From contig CP070634.1 in assembly GCA_020356105.1 (NCBI GenBank), positions 2,555,452 to 2,619,451 on the forward strand: 64,000 nucleotides of DNA, read 5' to 3'. The notes under the pieces are model-generated. The model was not told the origin of the DNA, ran no database searches, and saw only the letters and a list, made by a program, of their open reading frames with translations. Origin of the DNA: Rhodospirillales bacterium. Lineage in GTDB: Bacteria; Pseudomonadota; Alphaproteobacteria; UBA8366; JADFVY01. How positions within the stretch are numbered: the first letter of the stretch is position 1; the number at the start of each line of letters is the position of its first letter. Shown piece by piece: positions 35,787 to 45,570 of the stretch. Both the position numbers and the translations under genes were made by a program.

Positions 35787-36920
35787 ATGATGGCGGCCCG
35801 GCAACATACGGTAGAACGGAAAAACGGCGGCGTAGCCTTCCGGGTGTCCGGCTTCGATCACGTCCTCGGCGCCCTGATCGAACGGTTCCCGCGCCTCTGG
35901 ATCGGCCTCGGCAACCTGGAAACCCGCGTGCTGGCGGATGAGATCGAACCGGTCAAGATAAAGGCGCCGATCTATGTCGCCGGCCTTGCCCGCGCCGGGA
36001 CGACCATCGCATTGGAGATCCTCGCGTCACATGACGAATTGGCGTCCCACCTGTATCGCGATTTTCCGCCGGTCTTCACCCCATGGTGGTGGAACTGGTT
36101 CGTGAAACGGAGTCGTCGGGGGGACTTGATCGCTTCCGAACGCGCCCACAAAGACGGGATCATGATCACGGCCGACAGTCCGGAGGCACGCGAAGAGGCG
36201 ATCTGGATGGCCTTCTTCCCGCACGCCCACGACCCGACTCGATCGAACGTGTTGGAACGGGACATAAGAAACGAGCCGTTCGAGAGATTCTATCGCGAGC
36301 ACATCCGCAAGCTGCTCGCGGCACGCAACAGGCGGCGGTATCTCTCGAAAGGGAACTACAACGTGACCCGCCTCGGCTACCTTCACGAACTGTTTCCCGA
36401 CGCCCGCTTCATCGTGCCGGTGCGCGACCCGGTCTGGCACGTCGCCTCGCTGATGAAGCAGCACCGGCTGTTCTGCGAGGGCGAGCGCGGCAACCAACGC
36501 GCGGTCGACTACATGCGCCGATCTGGCCATTTCGAGTTTGGCCTCGACATGCGACCGATCAATTGCGGTGACGACCAGGCGGTGCGCGGCATCCAGAGGA
36601 TGTGGAATGATGGCGAGGAAGTCCGCGGCTGGGCCCGTTACTGGGCGTTGGTCTACGGATACGTCGCGGACCTGCTCGAGCGCGACCCGGCGCTGTGCGA
36701 GGCAACAATGATCCTGCGCTACGAGGAGCTGTGCGACCGGCCGCGGGAGACGATCACGCGTATGATGGAACACTGTCTGCTGGAGGTAGACGATGCGGTG
36801 CTGACGCGGTTCGCCGAGCGACTGAGAACACCCGATTACTATCGTCCGAACCTTTCCGATGTCCACCTGGCGGCAATTGCCGAAGAAGTGGATTCCGTTG
36901 TGGCAAGATTGCGATGTTAG
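35787..36920 (+). CDS. sulfotransferase family protein (PAPS-dependent)
   Basis: 377 aa. 5'-PSB-like IYVAGLARAGTTIALEIL and 3'-PB-like FIVPVRDPVWHVASL. Confidence 0.8.
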   Translation: MMAARQHTVERKNGGVAFRVSGFDHVLGALIERFPRLWIGLGNLETRVLADEIEPVKIKAPIYVAGLARAGTTIALEILASHDELASHLYRDFPPVFTPWWWNWFVKRSRRGDLIASERAHKDGIMITADSPEAREEAIWMAFFPHAHDPTRSNVLERDIRNEPFERFYREHIRKLLAARNRRRYLSKGNYNVTRLGYLHELFPDARFIVPVRDPVWHVASLMKQHRLFCEGERGNQRAVDYMRRSGHFEFGLDMRPINCGDDQAVRGIQRMWNDGEEVRGWARYWALVYGYVADLLERDPALCEATMILRYEELCDRPRETITRMMEHCLLEVDDAVLTRFAERLRTPDYYRPNLSDVHLAAIAEEVDSVVARLRC

Positions 36921-37002
36921 AAGCGTATGTTCAACCCATGCTGGACGATTCGATCAGGGATCGCGGCGTCTCCCGCGCATCGGACGCCGCGGGTCTCGTG
37001 AG

Positions 37003-38340
37003 ATGAAGCTGAAGGTCCTAGGTCGCCTTGATTTTCACCTCCGCGAATTGTTGCGCGGAACGATACTGGCATTTGCGCATCGCGCCGCCGGAATGGCAAT
37101 CGGGTTCCTGCTCAGTGTGGTCGTCGCGCAAATTCTTGGGCCGCACGATCTCGGCCTGTATGCCTTGGCCGGCACCTGCGCAATGATCGCTACTGTCTTG
37201 GGCAAATTGGGCTTGGATAACGCCATGCTCAAATATGCTTCCGCCGGCGCCACAAGGCAGGACTGGGGCCAAGTCGCCAGCATTTACCGTTTGGGCATGG
37301 CGATCGCAACGGCCGCTTCGGGAGTCACCACGATAACCCTGGTACTGCTCGCGCCAATAATCGCTGAGCGATTATTCTCGGAGCCGCTGCTGACTGCTCC
37401 AATCCGGATAATGGCGCTGACCATAGCGCCGAACAGCCTTGTTGCACTTCACGGCGAAATGCTCAGGTCTTTGAAGCTGAGTGGGGCTGTCGGTCTGCTG
37501 CAGGGCTCGCTACCACCAATTGCAGCATTCTCTGTCTTGGGAATTGCAGTGGCACTCTTCGGTACGGATCTTACGCCCTCTGGAATTGCCTGGATATCTG
37601 TCGTCGCAGCGATCGGCATGATCTTCTTTGCGCTACTCCTCTGGCGGCACAACGCACCTCAGGCCAAGCAACGCGAGTCTTTCGAAGCAACTCGCCTGCT
37701 GCGAACCAGCATTCCGCTACTATGGATATCCTCGCTGAACTTGATAATGGGTGCGACAGATACGGTAATGCTTGGAATCTGGACAACCGCTGACCAAGTG
37801 GGCCTTTATGGCGTTGCCGCAAGACTCGCCGTTCTCGTGAGCTTCCCGCTGGTCGCCGTCAACACAATCGCGGCTCCGAAACTGGCCGGACTTCATGCAA
37901 CCGGTGAGTTGTCCGCAGTGGACGGCGTGGCCCGAAATACCGCGCTGATTTCGTTCTCGCTGTCACTGCCGCTCTCCATCTTCTACTGGCTGCGTCCCGA
38001 ACTGGGCCTCTCGCTGTTTGGGGACGAATTCGTATTTGCCGCGACAGCATTGAGCTTACTGACGGCAGGTCATCTTGTGAATGCGGCGACCGGCCCCGTT
38101 GGGAATCTGCTGATGTTGACCGGATACGAGAAGACCATGCGGAATAACATCGCCGGATGCTCGCTCCTCAATATTGTCATGAACATCGTTTTGATACCCG
38201 AGTTCGGAATTTCGGGTGCCGCGGGCGCAACGGCTTTGAGTTTGATCACGATGAATATCGTCTCATTGATCATGGTGTATCGTCATCTTGCAATCATTCC
38301 GGTTCCATTTGCCCCGACGAGAACGCGAAACCGCGTATGA
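37003..38340 (+). CDS. wzx: Wzx-type polysaccharide/oligosaccharide flippase (MOP superfamily)
   Basis: ORF 36859..38340 trimmed to ATG 37003 (MKLKVLGRLDFHLRELLRGTILAFAH...). About 12 TM helices in a layout typical of 'polysaccharide biosynthesis protein'. Local GC is lower. Confidence 0.8.
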   Translation: MKLKVLGRLDFHLRELLRGTILAFAHRAAGMAIGFLLSVVVAQILGPHDLGLYALAGTCAMIATVLGKLGLDNAMLKYASAGATRQDWGQVASIYRLGMAIATAASGVTTITLVLLAPIIAERLFSEPLLTAPIRIMALTIAPNSLVALHGEMLRSLKLSGAVGLLQGSLPPIAAFSVLGIAVALFGTDLTPSGIAWISVVAAIGMIFFALLLWRHNAPQAKQRESFEATRLLRTSIPLLWISSLNLIMGATDTVMLGIWTTADQVGLYGVAARLAVLVSFPLVAVNTIAAPKLAGLHATGELSAVDGVARNTALISFSLSLPLSIFYWLRPELGLSLFGDEFVFAATALSLLTAGHLVNAATGPVGNLLMLTGYEKTMRNNIAGCSLLNIVMNIVLIPEFGISGAAGATALSLITMNIVSLIMVYRHLAIIPVPFAPTRTRNRV

Positions 38341-39179
38341 CGAAGCGACCTCCTGTGATCATTATCGGTATGCACAGGTCCGGGACCACCATGGTAACCC
38401 GCATACTGGAGAAGGTGGGCTTGTTCGTCGGCTGGCGGAAAGATCCCAACCACGAATCACTGCTTTTTCTTCAGCTCAACGAATGGCTGATGCGACAGGC
38501 TGGCGCGACATGGGACGATCCAGAACCGATTCGGAGGCTTCTGGGAACGGAGACACTCAGGAATCAAGCCACTCGGGTGCTTCGGGATACACTCGGCGGC
38601 TGGCCATCGCTGGGTTATTTGGGACCGCTGAAATTCGCTCGAAAAAGGGCGCCTTTTGCGTTGACGGACGCATGGGGTTGGAAGGATCCACGCAATACTT
38701 TGACGTATCCCGTGTGGGTCGATCTGTTCCCCGGCGCGAAGATCCTCCATGTCACACGTCACGGTGTGGACGTCGCCAACAGCCTTGTGCAGCGCGAAAG
38801 TCGCCTTTCCGGAACTGGGCATTTGTCGCGGATATCCTTCCTGGGGGTCATTGGCGAGCCGGAAATACCGCCTTCGCGACGTTGCGAAGCGCTTGGCGAC
38901 GCGTTCGCGTTGTGGGAACAGTATCTGGCCATTGCGGCGAAATACCAAGCCACCTGTGATGCGGAGCTTCACCAGATTCGTTTTGAGGATTTTCTGGCAA
39001 GCCCCGTATCGCATTTGGAAGAATTGGCAGCATTCTGTGGGTTACACGTGACCGCATCCACGATCGAAAAAGCCTGCAATGGTCTCGAAACTGAGCGCGC
39101 ATTCGCATACCGGGAAAATCCCGCTCTGATCGATTTTGCGGCGTCAATGTCTGATCGACTCGGAGAGTTTAATTACTGA
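38337..39179 (+). CDS. sulfotransferase family protein (second copy, divergent)
   Basis: ORF 38157..39179 trimmed to ATG 38337 (ATGA overlap with the wzx stop). MTKRPPVIIIGMHRSGTTMVTRIL is the 5'-PSB motif and ILHVTRHGVDVANSL the 3'-PB motif. Confidence 0.82.
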   Translation: MTKRPPVIIIGMHRSGTTMVTRILEKVGLFVGWRKDPNHESLLFLQLNEWLMRQAGATWDDPEPIRRLLGTETLRNQATRVLRDTLGGWPSLGYLGPLKFARKRAPFALTDAWGWKDPRNTLTYPVWVDLFPGAKILHVTRHGVDVANSLVQRESRLSGTGHLSRISFLGVIGEPEIPPSRRCEALGDAFALWEQYLAIAAKYQATCDAELHQIRFEDFLASPVSHLEELAAFCGLHVTASTIEKACNGLETERAFAYRENPALIDFAASMSDRLGEFNY

Positions 39180-39379
39180 ATCATCGGAGCAGCAATTCGT
39201 CCTGAGGTATCGCATGCCACTGTCGTCGCATGTGCGACCATCTTGGAAAAACAACCTTGGTCCCGTATCGCCCGCCCTTTCCATAGAAGGGTATCCATCG
39301 TCAGGCGCGAGCAGGGTATATCGGTCTTGCGGTCAAATTTGCTCAAGCCGAGAAGGTTGGCCTGATACAGTCGACATTC

Positions 39380-40333
39380 TTAGCCGCTCACCCGCAGCAG
39401 GTGTCGCTGGATCAGGCGTACGTCATAACCGGATACCTTGGCGACCATCGCCTGCCAGTTCGACACGTCGTCGACGCGTTTTGGGTTGTCGCGAAGAAGC
39501 TGCACCTTGACGAACGGGCAGCGGTAATCGCGGATGAGTATATCCCACCCGTAATGGGTCATGTTGACCGGACGCCGCGGCAGCTTTCCGCTCATGCCTT
39601 TTCCGCGCCCCATTATTCGATCAGTCTCCATGTCGCGGTAATCGCAATAGGCCGCAAGTGCAAAACCGGCTCGACGCAGCGTATGCGAAAGACCAACCTC
39701 GCAGAGGATTATGACAACGTGCTTCAGCCGATAGTCCGGAAGATCACGCCAGAACCCCTGAAACGCGTCGCTGAGCACGACTGCGCGATCGAACACCAGG
39801 AAATAACTCTGCAAATGCCGCCCGTAACGCAATGAATCGGTAATCCCCCACACCATAGCGCCGCCGCTCGCCATGGTACGGAATATCGGTCCCAGATCGT
39901 GAAGCGGACCGTAGACACTATCATTGGCGAAAATCACCTTGTCGTAACGGGAGAGATCGCCGCAACTCGCCAGCCCGTCGCGCCACGCGCCGAAATCGTA
40001 CCCCATGTTTTCGCGCAAGATGATCCGTGAGCAATAGTCTCGAATTCGGGCAACGCCGGCAGAACCAATATCCGGAGCATTGCTGACAAAGACGACTTCG
40101 CAATCAAGGTCATTCAATTTGGCCAAATAATGAACGACGTAATCGTCGACCCAACCGTCCCGATCATAATGGGCAAAAACACACAGCATTCGACGGCTCC
40201 CCGGCACGACGCCACCATCTACGTGGGCTGAGGTCGAGCGCCGCGGCCGCAACCGGCGCAGCGACCAATCATACAGAACGAGGAGCTGAATGAGCGATGA
40301 CTTGAGTGTGTCGTATATATTCGACTGCAACAT
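39380..40333 (-). CDS. RgpF (rhamnan synthesis protein F) family glycosyltransferase
   Basis: 317 aa. LCVFAHYDRDGWVDDYVVHYLAKLNDLDCEVVFVSN...NMGYDFGAW...VIFANDSVYGP matches the RgpF-domain pattern as I recall it. Confidence 0.7.
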   Translation of the reverse strand: MLQSNIYDTLKSSLIQLLVLYDWSLRRLRPRRSTSAHVDGGVVPGSRRMLCVFAHYDRDGWVDDYVVHYLAKLNDLDCEVVFVSNAPDIGSAGVARIRDYCSRIILRENMGYDFGAWRDGLASCGDLSRYDKVIFANDSVYGPLHDLGPIFRTMASGGAMVWGITDSLRYGRHLQSYFLVFDRAVVLSDAFQGFWRDLPDYRLKHVVIILCEVGLSHTLRRAGFALAAYCDYRDMETDRIMGRGKGMSGKLPRRPVNMTHYGWDILIRDYRCPFVKVQLLRDNPKRVDDVSNWQAMVAKVSGYDVRLIQRHLLRVSG

Positions 40334-40342
40334 CCCTGCCCT

Positions 40343-41296
40343 TCAAATGGTTGCCAGAAGCACGAGGCGTGGAACCAGCCCTTTGGTCAGGAAACGATGT
40401 CTCAGGATTGTCAGCCGTCTTTCGACGAACCCTTGTACCGAGAGAGCCGCAAACAGGGAAACCGCGTCCCGAATTGGACCGGGCATCCGCTCGCCATACC
40501 GGTGCAACAGTGCTTGCGCCTGCCGCTCGGTCGCTTCAAGAATGCGGCGCGCCCTTGAATAGGCTTGTCCCGGGGCCCTCAGCCCTCTGAGCGCCATAGC
40601 GGACATCTGGAATCGCTTGGCTCCGAGCGTGTTCCCACTGTGTTGGCGGTAAAGGACAGTCGACTCGTTAACGAACCCGATGCGCCCAAAGCTTGCCCCG
40701 ACTAGCGCCAGCCACCAATCATGCATCATCGCCTCGGCCGGAACCGGAAGCGCGATTTCAACCAGCTTGCGGTTGCACAGCGATGCGCAGCCCGTCACGA
40801 CGTTCTGGATCAACAGGCGATTGATGGATCGGCCGAAGGCGGGATCGATGCCCTGGTATTCCCAAAAGGAGCGATGCAGCTCGTCAAGGTCCGGTCCAAC
40901 AACCCTCAGGTCGCTGTGGACGATGAGCGGGGTGTCCGCACCGCAATCAGCCTCAAGCGAGTGCATGGCTTCGAGCAGCCGGTCTATCTTGTCCGGCAGC
41001 CAGACATCATCCTGATCGCAAAACATGACATAATCGGCTGTCGCGCGTTCCATCAATCGGCCGAAATTTCCGCGTGCACCAAGCCCGCCGTCGGCATCCT
41101 CGACCAGTTCTATCCGATGTGGATGCCGTACTGCATAGTCCCGCAAGATCGCGACCGTGCGATCGCAAGATCCGTCATCTCGGGCAATCAACCGCCAATC
41201 GCGGTTGGTCTGGGCGAACAGCGAATCGATCTGCGCCGCCAAGTGCCGCTCGCCGTTGTACGTCGCCAGCAGGATTTCTATCTTCGTGCGTGCCAT
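40343..41296 (-). CDS. GT2 glycosyltransferase (rhamnosyltransferase-like)
   Basis: 317 aa, MARTKIEILLATYNGERHLAAQIDSLFAQTNRDWRLIARDDGSCDRT...FCDQDDVW. Confidence 0.85.
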   Translation of the reverse strand: MARTKIEILLATYNGERHLAAQIDSLFAQTNRDWRLIARDDGSCDRTVAILRDYAVRHPHRIELVEDADGGLGARGNFGRLMERATADYVMFCDQDDVWLPDKIDRLLEAMHSLEADCGADTPLIVHSDLRVVGPDLDELHRSFWEYQGIDPAFGRSINRLLIQNVVTGCASLCNRKLVEIALPVPAEAMMHDWWLALVGASFGRIGFVNESTVLYRQHSGNTLGAKRFQMSAMALRGLRAPGQAYSRARRILEATERQAQALLHRYGERMPGPIRDAVSLFAALSVQGFVERRLTILRHRFLTKGLVPRLVLLATI

Positions 41297-41416
41297 CGTT
41301 CAGTCGCTTCCCGCCTACGGCCCCACCCAAAAACCGTGCTGCGATATTGCTGCACTGACTTGCAGGTGCAGCACGCGAGCGATGCGGTCGGCGAGTCTCG
41401 GCAACATCCGCACTCC

Positions 41417-42550
41417 TTATGCCGGTCGCGGGCGCTTTACCGCGCACGTGCTCTGCAACAGCGAAACCAATGCACTGCCGACGGCGTCGGGCGCGATACG
41501 GACCAGCAGATCGCGATGGAGCGGACGAGACAACGTGGCGGCCTCGGCGACAGCGCGACCCACTTCGCGCGCAAGCGCCTCGGGATCTGCCGGCGGGATC
41601 AGATAGACGCCCGGCATGTCCGGCGACAGCAACTCGCGGATCGCGGGGCAATCTCGGGTCACCAGGGGAGCGCCCGCCGCGAGGACCTGATAAACCTTGT
41701 TCGGGATCACGCGCGCCGCCTTGTCCGTATCGCCGAAGACCCCGAGGCAGACGTCCGCGGCCGCGATGTGGAGTCGGAGTTGCTCATAGTCCACCCAGGT
41801 GATCCATTCGACATTGGCCGGGGCCTCTGCCAAGATTCTCCGGGCGCGCTCGGCTTCCTGGCCCTCTCCAATCAGGATCCAGCGGATCGGTTCGCCATAC
41901 GCGTGCTGGGCCGCGCGGACGATCGTCTCCACCCCGTGCAGCGGTGTGAACTGGCCGTAGAACAGAACGGTCGCGCCCTCGCCCCGGCTTGGTTCTGAAG
42001 CGGGGGCGAAAGCGTCCAGCTCCACGCCGAGCAATATGCTCGCGGTCTTGCCGCGTCTGAGCCGGTATCGCTTGCTGAAATGATCCGCATGGGCCCGGGT
42101 GTCCAGCACCACGACATGCGCAGCACGACAGGAAAGCCACTCCCATGCGAACAGGCACCAGGCGATCGGGTTGCCCGACCTGATCATGCGGCGGTCTTCG
42201 ACCACCGTGTTGTAGAGGGAGAGGAATGCATCCCAGACGATCGGGACACCCCGCAATCTGGCGAACGGATACAGCACAAGCACGTCGAGATGGCCGAGAT
42301 AACCGACCAGGACCGCGTCATGCGGCGGCGCAAGCAGATAGCGAATCACGAGTGACGGATAGCTCCCAAGCCATCTCGCCAGAAGCTTCAGCCGCGCCAC
42401 GAGTCCCGTAACCGCTCCCTTGTCTTCGATGCCGGCCCAAACCTGCCGATGAATCTCGACCACGTCGACGCCAGCTTCCCGCAGGCCGCGCAACAGGATT
42501 CGGTTGCGTGGTTTCCCCAGATCGTATGTCCCCCATATGACAGCGCGCAT
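41417..42550 (-). CDS. GT4 (group 1) glycosyltransferase
   Basis: 377 aa with GT-B organisation. The C-terminal half has WILIGEGQE...VIPNKVYQVLAAGAPLVTRD. Confidence 0.8.
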   Translation of the reverse strand: MRAVIWGTYDLGKPRNRILLRGLREAGVDVVEIHRQVWAGIEDKGAVTGLVARLKLLARWLGSYPSLVIRYLLAPPHDAVLVGYLGHLDVLVLYPFARLRGVPIVWDAFLSLYNTVVEDRRMIRSGNPIAWCLFAWEWLSCRAAHVVVLDTRAHADHFSKRYRLRRGKTASILLGVELDAFAPASEPSRGEGATVLFYGQFTPLHGVETIVRAAQHAYGEPIRWILIGEGQEAERARRILAEAPANVEWITWVDYEQLRLHIAAADVCLGVFGDTDKAARVIPNKVYQVLAAGAPLVTRDCPAIRELLSPDMPGVYLIPPADPEALAREVGRAVAEAATLSRPLHRDLLVRIAPDAVGSALVSLLQSTCAVKRPRPA

Positions 42551-42636
42551 CGTTCACCGATCGGACACCCAGTGCCGACCAGTGGTAGCTTGACTCCGGT
42601 TAATAGGGGGTTAGTGCACGGCCCTGCCGGCGGATC

Positions 42637-42969
42637 TCAATCCAGCAGGAAGTTATGCGTTTCTTCCGGCAACGTGACGACGATGCCATCCAGCTCTTGC
42701 GTTATGATGATCTGACAGCCAAGTCGCGAGGTTCGTGTCAGGGCGAAAGCGAGGTCGAGCATATCCTCTTCTTCCTCCTCCGGCTCGGCAAGCTTGCCGT
42801 ACCATTTCGGATCGACGATGACATGGCAGGTCGAGCACGACAGCGACCCGCCGCAAGCACCCTCGATGTCGATGTCGTTGCGATGTGCGACTTCGAGAAT
42901 CGAAAGGCCCAACGGCGCGTCGACCTCTCTGCGTGTGCCGTCGGGCTCTATAAACGTCATTTTCGGCAT
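42637..42969 (-). CDS. fdx: [2Fe-2S] ferredoxin, adrenodoxin/Fdx type
   Basis: 110 aa, [14 protein letters not shown]...LGCQI, with an acidic [11 protein letters not shown] patch. Confidence 0.9.
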   Translation of the reverse strand: MPKMTFIEPDGTRREVDAPLGLSILEVAHRNDIDIEGACGGSLSCSTCHVIVDPKWYGKLAEPEEEEEDMLDLAFALTRTSRLGCQIIITQELDGIVVTLPEETHNFLLD

Positions 42970-43041
42970 CAGCGCCGGTCGCCCTGCCCGCTCGCTTCAG
43001 ACAGCCGCGATCCTACGGCAGCTTCGATCCGGGGCCGGCTG

Positions 43042-43380
43042 TCAAACGTGGAAAGATTCGCCACAACCACAGGTTCCCTTGACGTTCGGGTTGTTGAACA
43101 CGAAGCGCGAAGCCAATTTATCTTCCACCCAGTCCATTTCAGAGCCGAGAAGAAACATCGTCGCCGCCGGATCGATCAGGATCTTGACGCCCTTGTCCTC
43201 GACGACCTCCTCGAACGGGCGCTCCTCCTCGGCATATTCCATCTTGTAGCTCATACCCGAGCAGCCCTGCATCGTCACGCCGATGCGCACCCCGATCACT
43301 GTCTTTTCGGTTTGTGCCATCAATTCCTTGACGCGCTCTGCCGCTGCGTCTGTCAAAGTCATCGCCTTGGGTTTATCCAT
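43042..43380 (-). CDS. sufA: Fe-S cluster assembly A-type carrier (SufA/IscA/ErpA, HesB family)
   Basis: ORF 43042..43440 trimmed to ATG 43380, which has GGGAG 9 nt upstream. LTDAAAERVKEL...GCSGMSY...C-terminal GTCGCGESFHV. TTG 43440 (TTGA overlap with sufT) is an alternative start. Confidence 0.88.
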   Translation of the reverse strand: MDKPKAMTLTDAAAERVKELMAQTEKTVIGVRIGVTMQGCSGMSYKMEYAEEERPFEEVVEDKGVKILIDPAATMFLLGSEMDWVEDKLASRFVFNNPNVKGTCGCGESFHV

Positions 43381-43436
43381 TCTCACATGCTCCCGGACTG
43401 CGGCGACATTCCGCAATCCGTCATTTTGTCTCTTCG

Positions 43437-43841
43437 TCAACCAAAATCGAGAATCATCTTCGCGTCGTCCGACATGCGATCCGGCGTCCAGGGCGGATCC
43501 CAGACCATGGAGACCTCGACCTCACCCACGCCATCGACGGCGGCCACCGCGTCGGCGACCCATTGCGGCATCTCGCCCGCAACCGGGCATGCAGGCGCCG
43601 TCAGCGTCATGCCGATCCGGACCGCTCCGTCTGTCTCGACCACCAAATCGTAGATCAGGCCGAGATCGTAAATATTCACGGGGATTTCAGGGTCGTGCAC
43701 GGTCTTCAACGCCGCGACAACCGCCTCTCGACTGGCTACCGGCGTACCATCGTCAAGCGGGCCGCCAGCGCGCGCCTTGCCGTCGGTCGGCGAGGAAAGT
43801 GGCATGAAATCTCGGATTGTCGATGCATGTTGTGTCATCAT
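43437..43841 (-). CDS. sufT: SUF-system DUF59/MIP18-family protein (SufT-like)
   Basis: 134 aa with HDPEIPVNIYDLGLIYD, TLTAPACPVAG and a C-terminal DPPWTPDRMS. Confidence 0.85.
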   Translation of the reverse strand: MMTQHASTIRDFMPLSSPTDGKARAGGPLDDGTPVASREAVVAALKTVHDPEIPVNIYDLGLIYDLVVETDGAVRIGMTLTAPACPVAGEMPQWVADAVAAVDGVGEVEVSMVWDPPWTPDRMSDDAKMILDFG

Positions 43842-44320
43842 CCTGCCCCCAACCCGTCATCGGTCGAAACTTCATCAATGCCCTTTGTTGCGGCATTCAT
43901 CGTATGCCAGGCCAGCGTCGCGCACTTGACCCGCATCGGGAATTCCCGCACACCCGAGAGCACCTGTAGACGGTCCGCATCCTCCTCAAGCAAGCCAGCC
44001 AGCGGATTATCGCTCCCGGTTGTGCACATTTCGTGAAACCCATCGAACATCCGGCGCGCCTCGTCGATTGTCTTGCCGCGCAGCAATTCCGTCATCAGCG
44101 AGGCCGATGCCACGGAAATCGCGCAGCCCTTGCCGACAAAGCTGGCGTCCGTAATGTGCCCGCCATCGTCGGTCGCAACAAACACCTCGAGTTGGTCGCC
44201 GCACATCGGATTGTGGCCATGGGCGTGGTACCGCGCGCCCTCGATCGCGCGAAAATTCCGCGGGCTCTTGCCATGGTCCAGGATGACCTCCTGGTAAAGA
44301 TCTCGCAACTCTTCGAACAT
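43838..44320 (-). CDS. sufU: SufU/NifU-N-like zinc-dependent sulfur-transfer protein
   Basis: ORF 43838..44452 trimmed to ATG 44320. MFEELRDLYQEVILDHGKSPRNF...NPMCGD...GKGCAIS...VKCATLAW has the three conserved Cys. Confidence 0.85.
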   Translation of the reverse strand: MFEELRDLYQEVILDHGKSPRNFRAIEGARYHAHGHNPMCGDQLEVFVATDDGGHITDASFVGKGCAISVASASLMTELLRGKTIDEARRMFDGFHEMCTTGSDNPLAGLLEEDADRLQVLSGVREFPMRVKCATLAWHTMNAATKGIDEVSTDDGLGAG

Positions 44321-45570
44321 TAGCCAAAAAACTCCCGCACCCCCTCGAGTGCCTCGGTCAGCACATCGATCTCGGCCCGCGTGTTGTAGAGTCCGAAGGA
44401 GGCGCGCGCCGTTGCAGCCACGCCCAACCTGTCCATCAACGGTTGCGCGCAATGATGGCCTACGCGAATTGCGATCCCAGCGCGGTCCACCAGGGTTCCG
44501 ATGTCATGCGGATGCGCACAGGACATGGTGAAGGACAGCACGCTCGCCTTGCCCGGCGCCGTTCCGATCAGCTTCAGACCGTCGATCGAAGCCAGCCGCT
44601 GATTGGCGTAAGCGAGAAGATCGGACTCGTGAGCGCCGATTGCATGAAGGCCGAGGCCCGTTACGTAATCGATTGCCGCGCCGAGGCCTACCGCCTGCGC
44701 GATTGCCGGAGTGCCAGCCTCGAACTTGTATGGCAAGTCCGCCCACTCCGCCGCCTCAAAAGTAACGCTGCGAATCATCTCGCCGCCGCCCATGTAGGGC
44801 GGCATGGCGTCGAGCAGCGCCTCCTTGGCATAGAGTACACCGATCCCGGAAGGGCCGTAGAGCTTGTGACCGGAAAACGCGTAGAAATCGCAGTCGAGGT
44901 CGCGAACGTCCACCGGGATATGGGTCACCGCCTGGGCCCCATCCAGCAGAACTTTCGCGCCTGCCTGATGGGCCATTCGCACGACGTCCCTGACCGGGAC
45001 GACGGTGCCGAGAACATTCGACATATGGGTGATGGCGACCAACCTGGTACGCTCGTTCAGCATTTCGGCGAATTCGTTGAGCAGGAATTCCCCGTCGTCA
45101 CCGACCGGCGCAACGCGCAACAAGATGCCCTTCTCGTCGCGCAGGAACTGCCACGGGATGATATTCGAGTGATGCTCCATCTCGGAGATGACGACCTCGT
45201 CGCCCTCCTTCAGGAAATGTCGGCCCCATGACGCGGCGACCAGATTTATCGACTCAGTCGTATTCCGGGTAAAGACAATCTCTCTCGCGCTCGCCGCGTT
45301 GAGAAAGGCCCTTACCTTTTCCCGCGCCGTCTCCATGCGGTCGGTGCAGATTTGACTGAGGTAATGGATTCCGCGATGCACATTGGCGTATTCATGCTCG
45401 TAGATCCGCCGCTCGGCTTCCAGAACCTGCCTTGGTTTCTGCGCCGACGCCGCGCTGTCAAAGAACACGAGCGGTTTGCCATGCACCTCGCGCGCCAGGA
45501 TCGGGAAGTCCCGCCGCACGGCCTCGACGTCGAACGCCACCCGCTCGACGATGTCGGCCTGGACACTCAT
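44320..45570 (-). CDS. sufS: cysteine desulfurase SufS (class II aminotransferase V)
   Basis: ORF 44320..45612 trimmed to ATG 45570 (ATGA overlap with the sufD stop). FPILAREVHGKPLVFFDSAASAQKP, FSGHKLYGPSGIG (PLP Lys) and VGHHCAQPL (active-site Cys). Confidence 0.93.
   Translation of the reverse strand: MSVQADIVERVAFDVEAVRRDFPILAREVHGKPLVFFDSAASAQKPRQVLEAERRIYEHEYANVHRGIHYLSQICTDRMETAREKVRAFLNAASAREIVFTRNTTESINLVAASWGRHFLKEGDEVVISEMEHHSNIIPWQFLRDEKGILLRVAPVGDDGEFLLNEFAEMLNERTRLVAITHMSNVLGTVVPVRDVVRMAHQAGAKVLLDGAQAVTHIPVDVRDLDCDFYAFSGHKLYGPSGIGVLYAKEALLDAMPPYMGGGEMIRSVTFEAAEWADLPYKFEAGTPAIAQAVGLGAAIDYVTGLGLHAIGAHESDLLAYANQRLASIDGLKLIGTAPGKASVLSFTMSCAHPHDIGTLVDRAGIAIRVGHHCAQPLMDRLGVAATARASFGLYNTRAEIDVLTEALEGVREFFG

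Noticed and set aside
39136-39510. 124-aa plus-strand ORF in the convergent gap between the second sulfotransferase and the RgpF gene.
   Set aside because: It overlaps the 3' ends of both real genes. It has Ser/Arg/Pro-biased composition and no ribosome-binding site. It is most likely a chance ORF.
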